A stretch of DNA of 60,300 bases, counting the filler, from Gonapodya sp. JEL0774 (Eukaryota): assembly GCA_027604505.1 (NCBI GenBank). It is 14 parts of 14 records of this genome, joined end to end, with 100 filler letters (N's around TTAATTAATTAA, not from the genome) between each part and the next. Parts side by side here need not be neighbours in the genome. Positions count along the whole stretch, not along the records: positions 21,645 to 25,860 come from JADIIX010001015.1; positions 25,961 to 30,174 come from JADIIX010001016.1; positions 30,275 to 34,486 come from JADIIX010001017.1; positions 34,587 to 38,797 come from JADIIX010001018.1; 10 more parts are not named here. One strand, given 5' to 3'. Below are positions 23,822 to 36,686 of this stretch, in pieces; position 1 is the first letter of the stretch; each line of letters begins with the position of its first letter. The notes under the pieces were generated by a model. It saw nothing but the letters and a program-made list of their open reading frames with translations, searched no databases and was not told where the DNA came from. The translations under genes were made by a program, and so were the position numbers.

Positions 23822-25743
23822 CTATTCCTCGTTGTCTATCTCCTCCAAAGATTGCTCCACTCCATCTGCTCCCAACATCCCCTCCAACATGCGTTGTGCT
23901 TCTTCGTTGCCTTGATGTCCAAATACGTAGGTCAGCTGACTGTCCCACTTCCAGTCCATTTGCATCACCACTCACCCGGGTCTTCCTCCACCGCTTTCGC
24001 CAGTGCCTCAGCCGCTTGAGTCACCAGTTCGGCTGCCTCTGAGTCTCCGTTTGGCGGAAGAAGTGCGGCGAGGTGGAGAAGAGCAAGAGCGAGCTTGTGG
24101 AAGGGTAACAACCAGGCAATATGGCAAGATCCAGTCAGGACGAGAATGATCTTCCTCCAGCAGTATAGGAACAGAGAGAATGAAAGAGCCTCACCCAGTG
24201 CCACACTACCCCCACTTCCTCCGATTCCGCAGCGTACTGGAGGTGCTCAATCCCCTCTCTCACGTCCCGAAGCGCGGTCGCTTGGTCCGTTTCGTGTTTG
24301 GCCGACAGAAACATACCCCGTCCATATAAGAACCGGGCTTCAGGGCTCTCGGTGAAGCGATCAGAGTGATTGGAACGGAGTGTTTGAAAGGGTGAGGTGA
24401 GGTGAGGTAAGAGGTTGGAGCGGACGGTGGATGCGGCCGATGCTGGGTCGGCAAGATTAAGGTTGAACAAGTCAACATCCTGCCTGTGAAGTCATGGTAG
24501 CCTCAGCAAGGCATGCGTCCATCTCACATTCCCCGTGCTTTTGAATCTGTCTCCTCCGTCGAACCGGCAACGAAGACAACCAGAATTCTTGCATCTCTCG
24601 AGCAGCGGTGGTCGATTCACGGATGAGACGGGGGATTGCAGTTTCGGAGATGCTGGTAATGGGAAGTTCTCGGGACTGCAGCAGGGGCGCCGTGAGTGGT
24701 AGGGTCAGGTAACATTTTGGAGTTGTGGGACGTGGTCCGAAACAAAACCTCGTACCTTCTCGAACGCTTTCACAGCACGATTCACGAGAGTAGGCTCGTC
24801 TGGGAACAGCCAATCGAGATTGAAGGAATCTGGCTCACTGTCGTCGTCGTCGTCCGAATCGGATTGGCGACTGGGCCAGGTGTTCAATCGCCAAGAGAGC
24901 TGTTGTAGGAGCGGCGGCAAGAGGTCAAAGCGCCCTCATACAGTTCGGTGTATTCGCTTCACCTACCAAAGCCATCAGCGTTCGCCCGAGTCCACCCCAA
25001 GCATCCGCTACGGTTTTGTTCCATTGATAGACTTCCCCATCGTCCGTCATACCATCAGGGGACGGTATGCGAGTAATGTGCTCATAAGCTGTAATCGCAT
25101 CCTCCAAAATATCTTCCGACCGGACAAAAGTAGCCAGTTCACGAAGACATGTCGCGTGCAGGCGGCCAAGGTCGAGTCGGGAGAACGAGTCGGTCGAGGA
25201 GGGTGCGCCGACGTCCGGTGACACCGCCAGTTCTCGCTCAAAGCTCTCATTGGCTGCCTCGAACAGTTTCTGGACCAGTGACCGGTGTGATTCCCGGTCT
25301 GCACGGGCAGGATCGGCGTCGATTTCGCCACTTTCCCCGCCAGAGTACGGGTAGTCCGAATCAGTCAAGTGGCCAAAGAGAGATTTCTCCGAGAGAGCGA
25401 GTTTGAGGAGATCGGTGGCACTGGGTCGCTCGAGTGTGCCAGTGTCTGTGTCGGTCTTCTCTTCACTCCCTTCGACATGTCCATGGTGTTCCCCGCCCTG
25501 CCTCCTCACCACGAATCGCAGCTCGATTTCACCGTCGCCACAAAATGTACACTTTGGATCATCACATGTCGCCGCGTCGTGGTTCTCAGCCGCAAGTTGT
25601 TGTGAATCCGCGATGTCCTGGGCGGATGGAAATTTGGTTTTCTCTCGACGCCGTTTCTTGTCGCCCCTGCTCAGTTTCCCTGACGATGGCTGACCGGAAT
25701 CGCCTCCCTCCGATGAATGTGAATTCTGATTCTTGCGTTTCAT
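23822..25743 (-). CDS. Uncharacterised alpha-helical protein with basic N-terminus and HxxxxCxxxxCxxC motif (possibly Nro1/ETT1-like)
   Basis: 272-aa first exon plus further exons, ending EEAQRMLEGMLG...EIDNEE*. Confidence 0.6.
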
Positions 25744-25960
25744 TTGGAAGTCGAAACCTCAAAAGTTGAAACGGACGGATTCCCAGTGACAATGGTCTTG
25801 TATGACTTTTTCCAATCCCCACACGTCACCAAATGTCCACCAAAACCTCCCCAGCTCCTGNNNNNNNNNNNNNNNNNNNNNNNNNNNNNNNNNNNNNNNN
25901 NNNNTTAATTAATTAANNNNNNNNNNNNNNNNNNNNNNNNNNNNNNNNNNNNNNNNNNNN

Positions 25961-27725
25961 CTTTACAATCGAGGGTGCTTGATCTCATCAAGCTTTCTGG
26001 TTCTCACTCAGGAGACAATCTTGGCCCAGCACTTGGTAATATTCTTGAGTCTTACGGGGTTATTGGAAAGGTCTTGTGGTATTCTTTCTCCTGCACGTGT
26101 GAGATTAGTTTTGCTGACACAGTTTTGGATTTTGGCATTAGGTTATGGCTGTGGTAACAGATAATGCCACCAACAATGATACAATGATGCGTGCTCTTCG
26201 TCGAGACTTCCGTGGATCTCTGCCAAATGGGTTTGACCCTGTCAAGAACCATGTGTTCTGCTTTGCGCATGCTTTGAATCTTGTGGCCAATGCTGCTGTT
26301 TCTGTGCTAAAGAGCCGTCTCAAGTTCACAGCAAATGGTGTTGAGGTGTTGAGAGAACTTGAGTATGCAAAACATGAGGAGGATGAGGCGGATGATCTTA
26401 CTGATGAAGCATCAAGTCCATCTACACCGTTTGAACGGGTAAGTTTTGGTGTATTCAGAATCTTCCCTGCCATTTAACACTTGCATTTTGTGCAGATTCG
26501 AACTTTGATTGTTGCTATTCGCAAAAGTCCACAACTGCGAGAATTGTTTTCAAAGTTATGTCGACAGCTTGGACTTCCAGAGCTGGAGCTTTTGCTGGAC
26601 GTTGCTACAAGGTGGAACTCCACTCGTGCTATGTTAGTGAGAGCTACCAACCTGCGCAAGGTAGGTTTTCATCTTCCACTGTGTCCTTTACATCCCCAAA
26701 CCACTTTTAAATTCAGGGATTGACTGAGTTCTGCAATGATGAGGAGCATCCTCACTTCCAAAAGTTTCTTCTTTCAAAGGAGGAGTGGAAGGTAGTGGGA
26801 CAGATGTGCATCTTTCTTCGGCCACTGTTGGATGTATCGAATCGAATCAGCGCACAAGCATATCCTACATTACTTGAAGTTATTGATGATTTCAATGCTC
26901 TCTTTGATTTTCTTGAAAAGGCTGCTCGCACATCTCCATCTCCACATATCAGAGCAGCAGCCGAAGCAGCACTTGAGGTTTTAAGGAAGTATTACAACAA
27001 GACCGACAGGTCACCGCTCTTTGCTGTCTCTGTTTGTGAGTTTTAGCTGCTCTTTTCCCTCCCATTTAAGTTGATTCACATTTGTGTCAGTCTTGGACCC
27101 CCGTGTGCGTTTCAAGTTCTTTGAGACATCTGACTGGGAGGAGTACAAGGATGACATCTGGGGCATCATTACTGAGATTTTTGAGAGGGATTATGGCACC
27201 CACCCATCATCCACCTCATCAGGGGAGTCTGCTAGGAACACATTAAAAAAGCGTTTTGCTTGGGCCGAGAGCCCACCACTTTATATTGTCAAGCAACGGA
27301 GACTGGAAGAAGTGGATCAACTGAAGCTCTATTGTGATGGTGAACTCAGTTCCGAGGACACTGATCCACTGGAGTTTTGGAGTGTGAGTTTAGTGCTTTA
27401 ACTTCTGCTCCATTTTTGAACTCCTGATTAATCATTTATATAGCGTGACCCAGAGGTTCGCAAACTCCCCGATCTTGCCCGCATGGCTAGAGACTTCTTA
27501 TGTGTACCTGCATCAAGTGTTCCATCTGAGCGCCTCTTTTCTGCTTCATCATCAGTTCTCACTAAGAAGAGGAGCAGCTTGAAACCAGAAAATGTCAAGA
27601 AGCTAGTATTGCTGGGGGACTGGTGGAAGGAGCACTCCCGCTCAAAAAAGAGGAATGTGGAGGATGCTCAGTGGGAGGACGACTCAGATATGGAAGTGGA
27701 GGAAGTGGAAAATGATGAGGAGTAG
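25961..27725 (+). CDS. hAT-superfamily transposase, 5'-truncated, 5 introns
   Basis: HSGDNL, VTDNATNN, CFAHALNL, DVATRWNST, KYY, VLDPR, PDLARMARDFLCVPASSVPSERLFS (dimerisation domain). No disabling stop seen after splicing. Confidence 0.95.
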
Positions 27726-27926
27726 TTTAGCTAATGTTTTGCTAAAGTATTCGAATTATTCGCAGTTATTCGTAGAAGTTCGCCACTATTCGAGTCGAAT
27801 ATCAATTTTATTATTAGATATTCGATACAAACTCCGGAAGCATGTTCGCTTGTTTGAAAAGGGCGATTATGATTACATTGATATTAGGTTCGTATTCGAT
27901 TCGTCAGGGCGTGAGTCTGTACCCTG
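25961..27926 (+). mobile_element. hAT DNA transposon, right part with ATTCG-rich subterminal region
   Basis: Transposase followed by repeated TATTCG/ATTCG motifs at 27748-27904. The end is probably at 27912-27926. Confidence 0.75.
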
Positions 27927-28727
27927 GCTGGAAATCACCCACGACACACGACCACAGGTGGGAATAGTGTTGAAGCACTCAGATCAAGAGTGCAGGATGA
28001 GCGTCCAGTGGTCCAGGGCGGGGAGACGTGGCGATTTGCAGACTGCCGAGTGGGGAGTGCTCATGTTCACACACCATATATTGCGTGCACGGATCATACA
28101 TTTACGTAGTTAGGTTAGCTTATGTAGAAGCCACGCCTTTTAAGGGGAACGTAAATGCATTCCGAGTTAGCACAGCAGAGACGCCGTCGTTAGCGTTGGA
28201 TCCTGCAAAATGGGTCAAAGGACACTTGGGCGTCAATCCGTGGGTACCCATTGATTGAGGATTGAGGGATTTGTTATTGTACGCCGAGCGCCTTAATTAA
28301 TTCTATGCTTTTTCATGCGTTCGCCGCTATCCCCCCCGTTCCCCTCCCCGTACCCTTTACAGGCTTCTCTCCACGCACACCTCCGTTTTCCATTCGCCAA
28401 AACCGTTCTAACCGTGTACACTTTTCTATTGGCCCGGCTGAAACCCCCCTCTCCACGCACACCTCCCTAGTCCGCTCCGTCCCCATTGCCCTGCGTTTGG
28501 TACCGGTCCCACTACAAGAACATATTCCCGAAGGCACACTGAGATAGAACAGAATGCAAGAAGCCGAATTCGACGCTTTCTCTTTCTGTGCAACATACGT
28601 ATTGTTTTTGGATAATTAGAATGGATTAGGATGAGGGTGTTTCATGTGTCAACATTTCGGCCATTTATCTCGGAGCTTTTCTCCACATCACTCACTTTGT
28701 TCGAAGTATTCACAGATATCTGCCATC

Positions 28728-30174
28728 ATGTCCAACAAGGTCCTCGACATAACCAAGAACGGAGGCGTCGTTGTTAACGGATGGCTGCAGATTCCTTCCG
28801 CTTTCTCTGCAGAGGTTCGTAGATTGATCAATCCCGTCGGTGTAATTTTTGCTTCTCATGGCCGTGTAATCGTCTCCCTTCCTGATTTCACCTCGTGCAT
28901 CGACATGACACCTCCGTTTTTCTAACGATTGATTCCCGCCACAGGTAATGGCGAGCTGCGGATTCGACTCGATCTGTGTGGATATGCAACACGGTGTTCA
29001 AGGTGAAGACACCTCTTTCCGCAATATCGACTGAGAGGGCACTTTACGCAATGGCCGCCTCTAGACTACATGTCTACCGTCGCATGCTTCCAAGGGATGT
29101 CTGCGAAGCCTGTTGTTCCCATGGTTCGTGTACCTTGGTGAGTTCTAAATTCAAGGACCTCTGGAAGAACACCTGCTGTTCAGCAACCGGTACATGTTTG
29201 GGAAAAGACGACATGACTACGCATCCCACTTCGAAGGAGCCCTATCCCGAGTAGTCGGATATATTGTCATGTCGCTCCACGTGTGATTGGCGGGGTCACA
29301 ACTAATTGTGTTCCGGTAGCACAACTTCAGGACTGATAAAGTAACTGACTGGGCACCATGTTTTTCCTCATATCAAGGAACGAGCCGGGGATCATCGGCA
29401 AGGTCCTTGATGCCGGTGCCTACGGTGTTATCTGTGAGTCAACCACAGTCAGTCCCATCGGCGTCTACATCATTTCATCTCGACACCCCGAATCCTGACG
29501 GTCGATAGGCCCTATGATCAACACCAAGGAAGAATGTGAAGCGTTCGTTTCATATGCGAAATACCCACCTCGTGGAGCTCGTTCAAATGGACCTATTCGT
29601 GCGGGACTGTAAGTCAGACAAAACCCTCTGGTTTGAGGAGGCCAAAGTTGTCTCGTTTGAATATCCGTTGCCCTTTCACTTTCTAATATCACCGACCTCT
29701 CTTTTTCTCTCCCGCATTCGACGTTCTCCTCTTCTGTTGCAACTCAAGCTATGGATCCGCGGACGTCTCGTACCAGTCCACTGCTAACGATGCAACCATG
29801 TGCATCCCCATGATTGAGACGAAGGAGGCGATTTCCAACCTCGAAGCTATCCTTGACGTCCCAGGTGTTGCCGGGGTGTATGTCGGACCCTCGGACTTGG
29901 GATTCTCGTACGGAATGAAACCCATCTTGGACAGGAAAGAGCCGGAGATTCTGGAGATTTACGCCAAAATTGTGAAAGAAACGAAAAAGAGGGGACAGTT
30001 TGCGGGTATTCACTGTGGTAGCGCGGAATGTGAGTCGATGGTCGTCGGAGCGAGCAGTTGCTCTTTCGGTGACCGTGCGATTCGCAACATCGACTCATAT
30101 GACTGGTTGTAACCCTCCTCACACACCACTCGTACGCACAACAACTCCTGCATATCTGTGCTCTCCGGAAACCT
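28728..30174 (+). CDS. HpcH/HpaI-family class II aldolase, at least 6 introns, 3'-truncated
   Basis: Spliced: [35 protein letters not shown]...[30 protein letters not shown]...KYPPRGARSNGP...IPMIET...VYVGPSDLG. Confidence 0.93.
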
Positions 30175-30274
30175 NNNNNNNNNNNNNNNNNNNNNNNNNN
30201 NNNNNNNNNNNNNNNNNNTTAATTAATTAANNNNNNNNNNNNNNNNNNNNNNNNNNNNNNNNNNNNNNNNNNNN

Positions 30275-31465
30275 GCCGCCTCTGGACACCAGGTGCCTAC
30301 CCAACAATCGGTGATGATCGAGCGACTAATGAAGCTTTTCGAGATTTCAGCTGTGAAGCTGAAGCGCAAGGTTAGACGATAAGCCACTGCTCCTCAGTTT
30401 GCGGGTGTCACAACCACCAAATCACATCAACATCGACAGGAGATAGCAGAAATCGTCTAGCCGATCTATTCAAACCTCCTCTAGACATCATGTTTGCTGG
30501 TGATTTTGACTCGGTGAGTTCCAGTTGAATTCAGCCCCATGTGATCGTTTCAAGACCGACCGTGCCTGTTAGGGACGTATCCTCGCTCAACAAAGAACTA
30601 AATGGATCTTGATCAACATCCAAGATCCTACCGAATTTCAGTGCCAGGTTTTGAATCGTGGTACGCTAATGGACTCTTTCCCATGTCTGTTTGGCACCTT
30701 CTTTCACGTTTGCATGCTCCAATCAACAGATCTTTGGAGCAATACAGCTGTCAAGGACGCAATCAAAGAGCACTTTTTGTTCATGCAGTTCGGGAGCAGA
30801 AGCCAGGAAAGACAGAAATATGTCAACCTTTACAAGGCGTACCGCTACCCCCACGTCGCAATCATTGATCCTGGAACTGGTGAGCGGTCCCTGTACGAGA
30901 AAACTTTTCACTGTATCAAGTCCAGGCGCTTTCAACAGGGGAAAAAGTCGCAGAACTCAAACGCTTTTCCGGACCCGTGGATTTTATCGAGGAGCGTGAG
31001 CTTTGTCCTTGCAAAAATGGACGGCTTACAAAATGGGCTGGTTCTTGCAGTTTATGATTTCGCGGATCGCAATTCTCTCACGCACTTCAAGAACAAAAAG
31101 CTAAGACAGAACCGAAAGTAATCTATACCTCCTACCATGCATGAAAGGTAGTTGCGGCTCACAAGTCGTTGTCTTAGAAAAAGTCCGTCTCCGAAACGTC
31201 TGAGGCGGAACAGTTACTGGCGGCAATGCAGGCGTCCCTCGATACGAAAGGCGGTACGACTAGTGGACGTCACAGCGTACAGCCGATTGACGTTGACGCC
31301 GACGAAGAGACTGCACCCGAACCTCCAAGCCGCGAGTATTTTGTTTGGGTTCATCCGCGAACTCATCAAATCTCAGACCGGAAAAGCGAAAATCACGCAT
31401 TTCGAGGGCACGCCAGTCCCCACGACGCTCGCGCTCGATATGGTGGTGGTGTGGCTGTTGAGTAG
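30275..31465 (+). CDS. UBX5/UBXN7-like protein fragment (UAS domain plus UIM-like segment); UBX domain not found
   Basis: RLADLFKPPLDIMF, KWILINIQDPTEFQCQVLNRDLWSN, YPHVAIIDPGTGE, EAEQLLAAMQASL. Confidence 0.8.
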
Positions 31466-32333
31466 AGGCTGGATCGGAGAGGCGTTACCGGGGGGCATCG
31501 TTGATGTGGCGACCGTGGCGACCGCGGCGGGGGGATTGGTGCGTGGGCGGGGAGTGTCACGTGAGTAGAGAACGGGAAGAGTCCCGTGTCGGGAGATGCG
31601 ACTACGCGATGGTGTTGTATAAGACTCATGCGAACCCTTATTTCGCTCCCCTCGACCCCTCGTTCCGGCTTGGCCCGTAGTTTCCACCCTCTCTAGTCTT
31701 CATGTACGCCCTCTCTGGCACCCTCCAGATCTCCAAATCTCTCAGGGTACCAAAACCGTTCGCATAGGTCCTCTGGGAGCAGGGCGAGCAGCTCCGTTTA
31801 CCAGTTAGGCATGGATTGCACCGCTCCGCGCGGTTCATTTGGACTATACTTGTTTGTTCTCGGAACAAATTGGACTTGTGGATTTGTCCGCCGTCCTTCC
31901 GTTTTGGAATCAGAGGCGGAAGGTGTGAGGAGGACACCAGAAGCACTTACGGTACATAGTTTGATTTAGGAAAATCGAGTTGTTCGGCATTGCTTGATGT
32001 ACATTTCTATACATATGACTGCATCCATTCAAATCATGCAGGGCCAGAGCAGGGTGGGGAGCGAGATGTGGTAAAACCACTGGGTTCGGCGAAGATATGT
32101 ATGTGCCAGAGATCTCCCAGTCTCGACAGATTGTCTCATTTAAGCACGTGATCACGGGAGCTGTGATTGTTTTCCACTCAGATCTTTATGCGCTTATATT
32201 TTGCTCTTTGGTGGGTGGGCAAAGAGATAATGCAGACATATCTGTTCAGCACCCTCACATCCAAATTTTTGCTGCCCAGCACCGGCCTCATCAAGTACCG
32301 AGTGATTCTGTATCTAATCTCCTTGATCACCAA

Positions 32334-33875
32334 ATGGAAGCTCTCCCTAGCGAGGTTCTCCACCGAGTTATCCGTCTCCTCCCTCCGAGAGCTTATCTCT
32401 CCATCTTTCCCCGCCTTTCCCGCACGATTCGTAACTTGAGCAACGGTGCAATTGCTGGATGTCCCAATGACATTGTTTGCGTCGTGGTGAGCCAGCTCAC
32501 GTTGATTCACACCTATGCACCCAGTCCTCGAATCCGTGTCCTTGATCGATTCGAGCCTGTTCGCGCTCCCTCAGGCATAACCACATGGGCAGCATTGACG
32601 TGCTCGATTGAGCTGTTTTTTGCGGAGTTTGGCCAGTCTGAGGATTTGAGCTTCAAAGTGGAGTGCTATCAGGGACACCTTCATCCATGCCCCCACAACT
32701 GGTCGAAAGATACGGCTGAGAGACGATTGGCTCACCTAAAATCTGTGGAAGTTCGATTTGGATTCGAAAGGTATCCCGAAATCACCCACTTATCACATGC
32801 TAAGATCATGGAGTATATTCAGCTCCAACTGGTGGAAAGCTTGGCTTTTGGCGACGGTATCGTTGAAAGGCTCCTGCAAACGGTTACACCAGATGTCTCA
32901 ATGGACTGTGTTACTTGATTGGAAGTGCATACAGCCGTTATTCAGACCTCAAAGGGCGATGAGGTTGGTGCGTTTACTAGAGAGGTTCGCGTCCGCGACT
33001 ATACTTGAAAGCCCATGTTCTCCCCATCTTCTGATTCCTTGGACAATGATCAGCCGAGTTAAAATCATGTGTGGATGTCTATTTCAGAGTAACGTCGTCG
33101 GCGAATCAGAGGTTTAATGCTCCCTGAGGGTGACCAGGATGGTCCAAGGGATCCCATTACTCGTTATGATCGGCTTGCATTTCTGCGCATTCCGCAACTG
33201 TATTCAAACATACAGGAACGGGGAGTTTTCACATTTTAATGCGATCACGGGATCTAGAAACACGTTTTGCCGAGCGGTGTATCCAGACTGCTATTGGCAA
33301 CTGTGAAAACTTTCGACATCTTCTTCTGTGAGAGTGCTGGCCGAAGGAGATTTGTGAGAAACTACGTTGGACCAGACACCGGACGTGTTCATGAGCTCAT
33401 AACCCTCGTCGCTGGGGTCACACGACTAGTTCTGACGCAAAGTTTTTATGGATTGCTAGAACATGGCAAAGATAGTAGCGAGCTGGGAGCACTCTGGAGT
33501 GCCCTCTTCCACGCCATGCCTGTGGGATGCGTAGCGGAGCTTCCTGAGATTTGTGAGAATCAAAGAGCGCGGGAGACGTTCTGGAGGGACAATTGGGAGG
33601 AAAAGGATGGTGGTTGGACAGAAACGATCTGGCCAAGGTGCTGCGGGGATGGGACGGTGGGTGTCCCATCGAGATGCTCAAGGAGGGACCAAACAGATAT
33701 CGGCAGCTGGTTGCGTGAGGTTGGGACAAAGACCAAGCCGGCGTGGCTGCACTCTGGTGAGTTTGAACATCGGAGTGATTGTTTCGTACATGCATTTTAT
33801 CAATGGATCAGTGCGGAACGCAGGTTGATGGAGTTTGCGAGAGAAGGCAGTGCTGAAGAGCGAGCTGATAAGTAA
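32334..33875 (+). pseudogene. F-box protein pseudogene
   Basis: MEALPSEVLHRVIRLL...FPRLSRTIR F-box start. ORFs 32097-32918 and 33267-33875 share a frame, separated by about six in-frame stops. Confidence 0.7.
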
Positions 33876-34195
33876 GCAAGCAGATGACTGCAAATGGATT
33901 TTCTACACTGTATCTATTTTAGCTGTAATTGTGTTGATTTTGAGCTGGTAGTTCATCTGTGTTCTGCATGCGTATGTACAGTGTTCGGATATAAATCCTA
34001 TCATGGTGGCGAAGACAGCATTCAGGATCGTGTATGGGCTTTGCACAACGTCGTGGGAAAAGTTGACTGGAACTTAGCAACAGCTTCAATCATTAATCGG
34101 GGATGAGAAACGCGCGCCTTCGTACTAGCGCATTATTTTGATAACCAAAAACCGGTTTTAAAGGATTCCATCTATCTGAAGATTCTGCACCTGTC

Positions 34196-34486
34196 CTACT
34201 TTTTCCTCTGCTTCTTAGTCGGCGGTTCGGGAACATCCTGTGGTGCGCACGCAATTTGGAGTTTGGGAAAGGACTCAGCGTTTGATCACATGCGGTCTCA
34301 AAGTGACGACTGGGGATTGCTTACGTCCTCCTCCTCCTCTTGTTTTTCTTTCTCGTCTTTATCCTCTTCTTCGTCGTCTTTCTTTTCGTCTTCTCCATCA
34401 TCTCCGTCCCCGCCATTCCCCTTGAGATAATCAAAGTCGTTAACTCGCTCTCCAACTCTCCAAAGCTGTCAAAATTTGTCAACTCA
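34196..34486 (-). CDS. 3' end of a gene with acidic tail and NLS-like PTKKQRKK
   Basis: LWRVGERVNDFDYLKG...DGEDEKKDDEEED, GTAAGC intron, then DVPEPPTKKQRKK*. Confidence 0.55.
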
Positions 34487-34686
34487 NNNNNNNNNNNNNN
34501 NNNNNNNNNNNNNNNNNNNNNNNNNNNNNNTTAATTAATTAANNNNNNNNNNNNNNNNNNNNNNNNNNNNNNNNNNNNNNNNNNNNCCTTCACCACACCC
34601 AGATTGACATACAGGCCTTTCCCCACACTCTTTACATTCCTGAGAACAACCAAACTTGACACTATTTGCCTTACAGACAAACTTTT

Positions 34687-34813
34687 TCTCTAATCTGACC
34701 CATCTTTTGTACTTCTCTAATCTGACCCTATGAGATGTTGCAATCTCTTTTCTGAACCAAATCCAAAACTTTCTCCAATCTGCCCCATCTTGTGAATCTC
34801 TCTAATCTGACCC
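34687..34813. repeat. Short direct repeats TCTCTAATCTGACCC (three copies plus one variant), transposon-subterminal-like
   Basis: Copies at ~34687, ~34714 and ~34798; variant TCTCCAATCTGCCCC at ~34772. Confidence 0.75.
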
Positions 34814-36686
34814 ATGCAGATGTTTGAATCTTGTTTTTGACTCTAGATATTGACAAAGTGCTTCTAAAGTATTGTTGTGTTGCAGTGAGTAGTTTCTTCT
34901 CAATCTTGTCAATATCTGGAACTGTGTGGGAGGCTTGGTTATTAATGTGCAGCAGAGCACAAAAGCTTGGCAGGTGCATCATTCCTTTGGGCTTTGATAC
35001 TAATATGTTTCAATTTTCAAAGCTGTAGTGTCTGCCTTCCTAATGTTTCCCCTAACTTTCTTCCACTCCACTTTAATGCCCCCAGAACAGCTTGTAAGCT
35101 AGTGCCTAGCAATAATCAGGATTCAGGTCAACAAACCAGTTGAAGTTTATTGATGCTATCACCACATAGCAGATTAAAGTGTGGTTCACCTCCAGTGACC
35201 ATCTCTTTGCAAGGTTGTAGAACTGTTTGGGTCATGGGTGTCACGATGTGACTACTGCTTCTACGGTCACGTAGCTGGGGTGTGAAGGGGTGTTGTGATC
35301 CAAGAGACATTCGCAGATGTGGCACTGTAGTATTTAGCACAGGGGCGTGCAGACCTTCCTCACGTTTAGCACTGTGGGTCTGCAGGTGAGTATCTGTCGC
35401 TCATTATGTATTCATTCACTTATACATATCGTGGGTCTGCAGTTGTAGTCTCTGCGTGCTAGTCCTAGGCAGCTGACAATGGGTATGGTTCAAGAGTTAT
35501 ATTTGGGTAATGTTCAATTGTGGATCTGTGTTGTCAAAATAGTTGGAAGCTTTGACAAAATGCCTGAACCACATAGTATTTTCACCTTATATTGTGGTGT
35601 AAAATGCCCAGTATGACTGTTTCAACATAAGAGCTCATACTAGTCACAGTAAATATGAAGCCTAACTTGAGGAAATGTCCATATAACATGTCAATAAGAT
35701 GATGTACTATTCCTTTTTTGTTTTTGCAGACTTCTATGCATTATTATTATGGAGAGTCAGATATCCATAATCTGTGTCCATCTTCTCCAAGTACTTCCTG
35801 GCTTCTTAGCCATTTAGTTTGCTAATGCATGTGTGAAATCCAAATCATGTTTAAATTAAGAGATGCAGTGGGATGTGACTCCACAGCCATTGGTATATTT
35901 GGGAGGTTACATATTTTTCTAAGTCACAGTATATTGTATATGCTTGCATGTCTTTGCAGAGCAATTATGGAATTCTGTGTTGCATTTATTCTAGCTGCAC
36001 ATTCCTTGGCAAATCAGTTCACAAAATTTCCTTGCAACCCACAATGTACAAGGAAACCTGAGAATCACTCAGATGACCACAAAAATTAGGCCATCATCAA
36101 TGATACTGTAATGGTTCTCTATTTCACAAGCATTTTCGGGTTTCCTCTTGGCCCAGTCACAGTTTCTGTACTTTTCTGCGCATAAAGCAACTGCCTCCAC
36201 CAGTACTCCACACTATTTTTTTGTTCAGGATAATGCCTTGGGTATCAATGGACCATTGATTGCGTCACCTTTGGTGAGCAGAGGCAAGGATTGGCACTGG
36301 AAGCTTCTGGAGTGCTTTTAGGAAGGATAATTGTCTTCTCCAGCACTGTTTCTCCCATGTAATCTTGTGATTGTTGGCTTGTGGTGTGCTGTCTCAAAGA
36401 ATGTGGTACAGGAAATGCAAGTGGAACAAGGAAGGATGAAAGGGCCAGATATAAAATAGGGGAAATCATCTCAAATGCCATAAGCATTGTGTAGTAATTA
36501 AAACATCTGCAATAGAATGATATCTCAAGTGTAGATGATGGGGAGGTTGTTGTAGAAAGTTGGTTTGCCCACGCAGTGGTCAACTACTTCGCCGGTGGAC
36601 ATAAACAAATGGCAAAGCCAGACCTCTGCGGATATAGTATATCCAATTGAATATACATTTTACTGTATCCAAGCAGGAACTGCTAC

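Noticed and set aside
27725..28728. hAT element as carrier of the bacterial-type aldolase
   Set aside because: The aldolase lies outside the apparent element end and has many introns, so it probably predates the insertion.
29209..29275. CGACATGAC...GTCATGTCG inverted repeat in the long aldolase intron
   Set aside because: A 9-bp stem with no snoRNA or riboswitch motif recognised.
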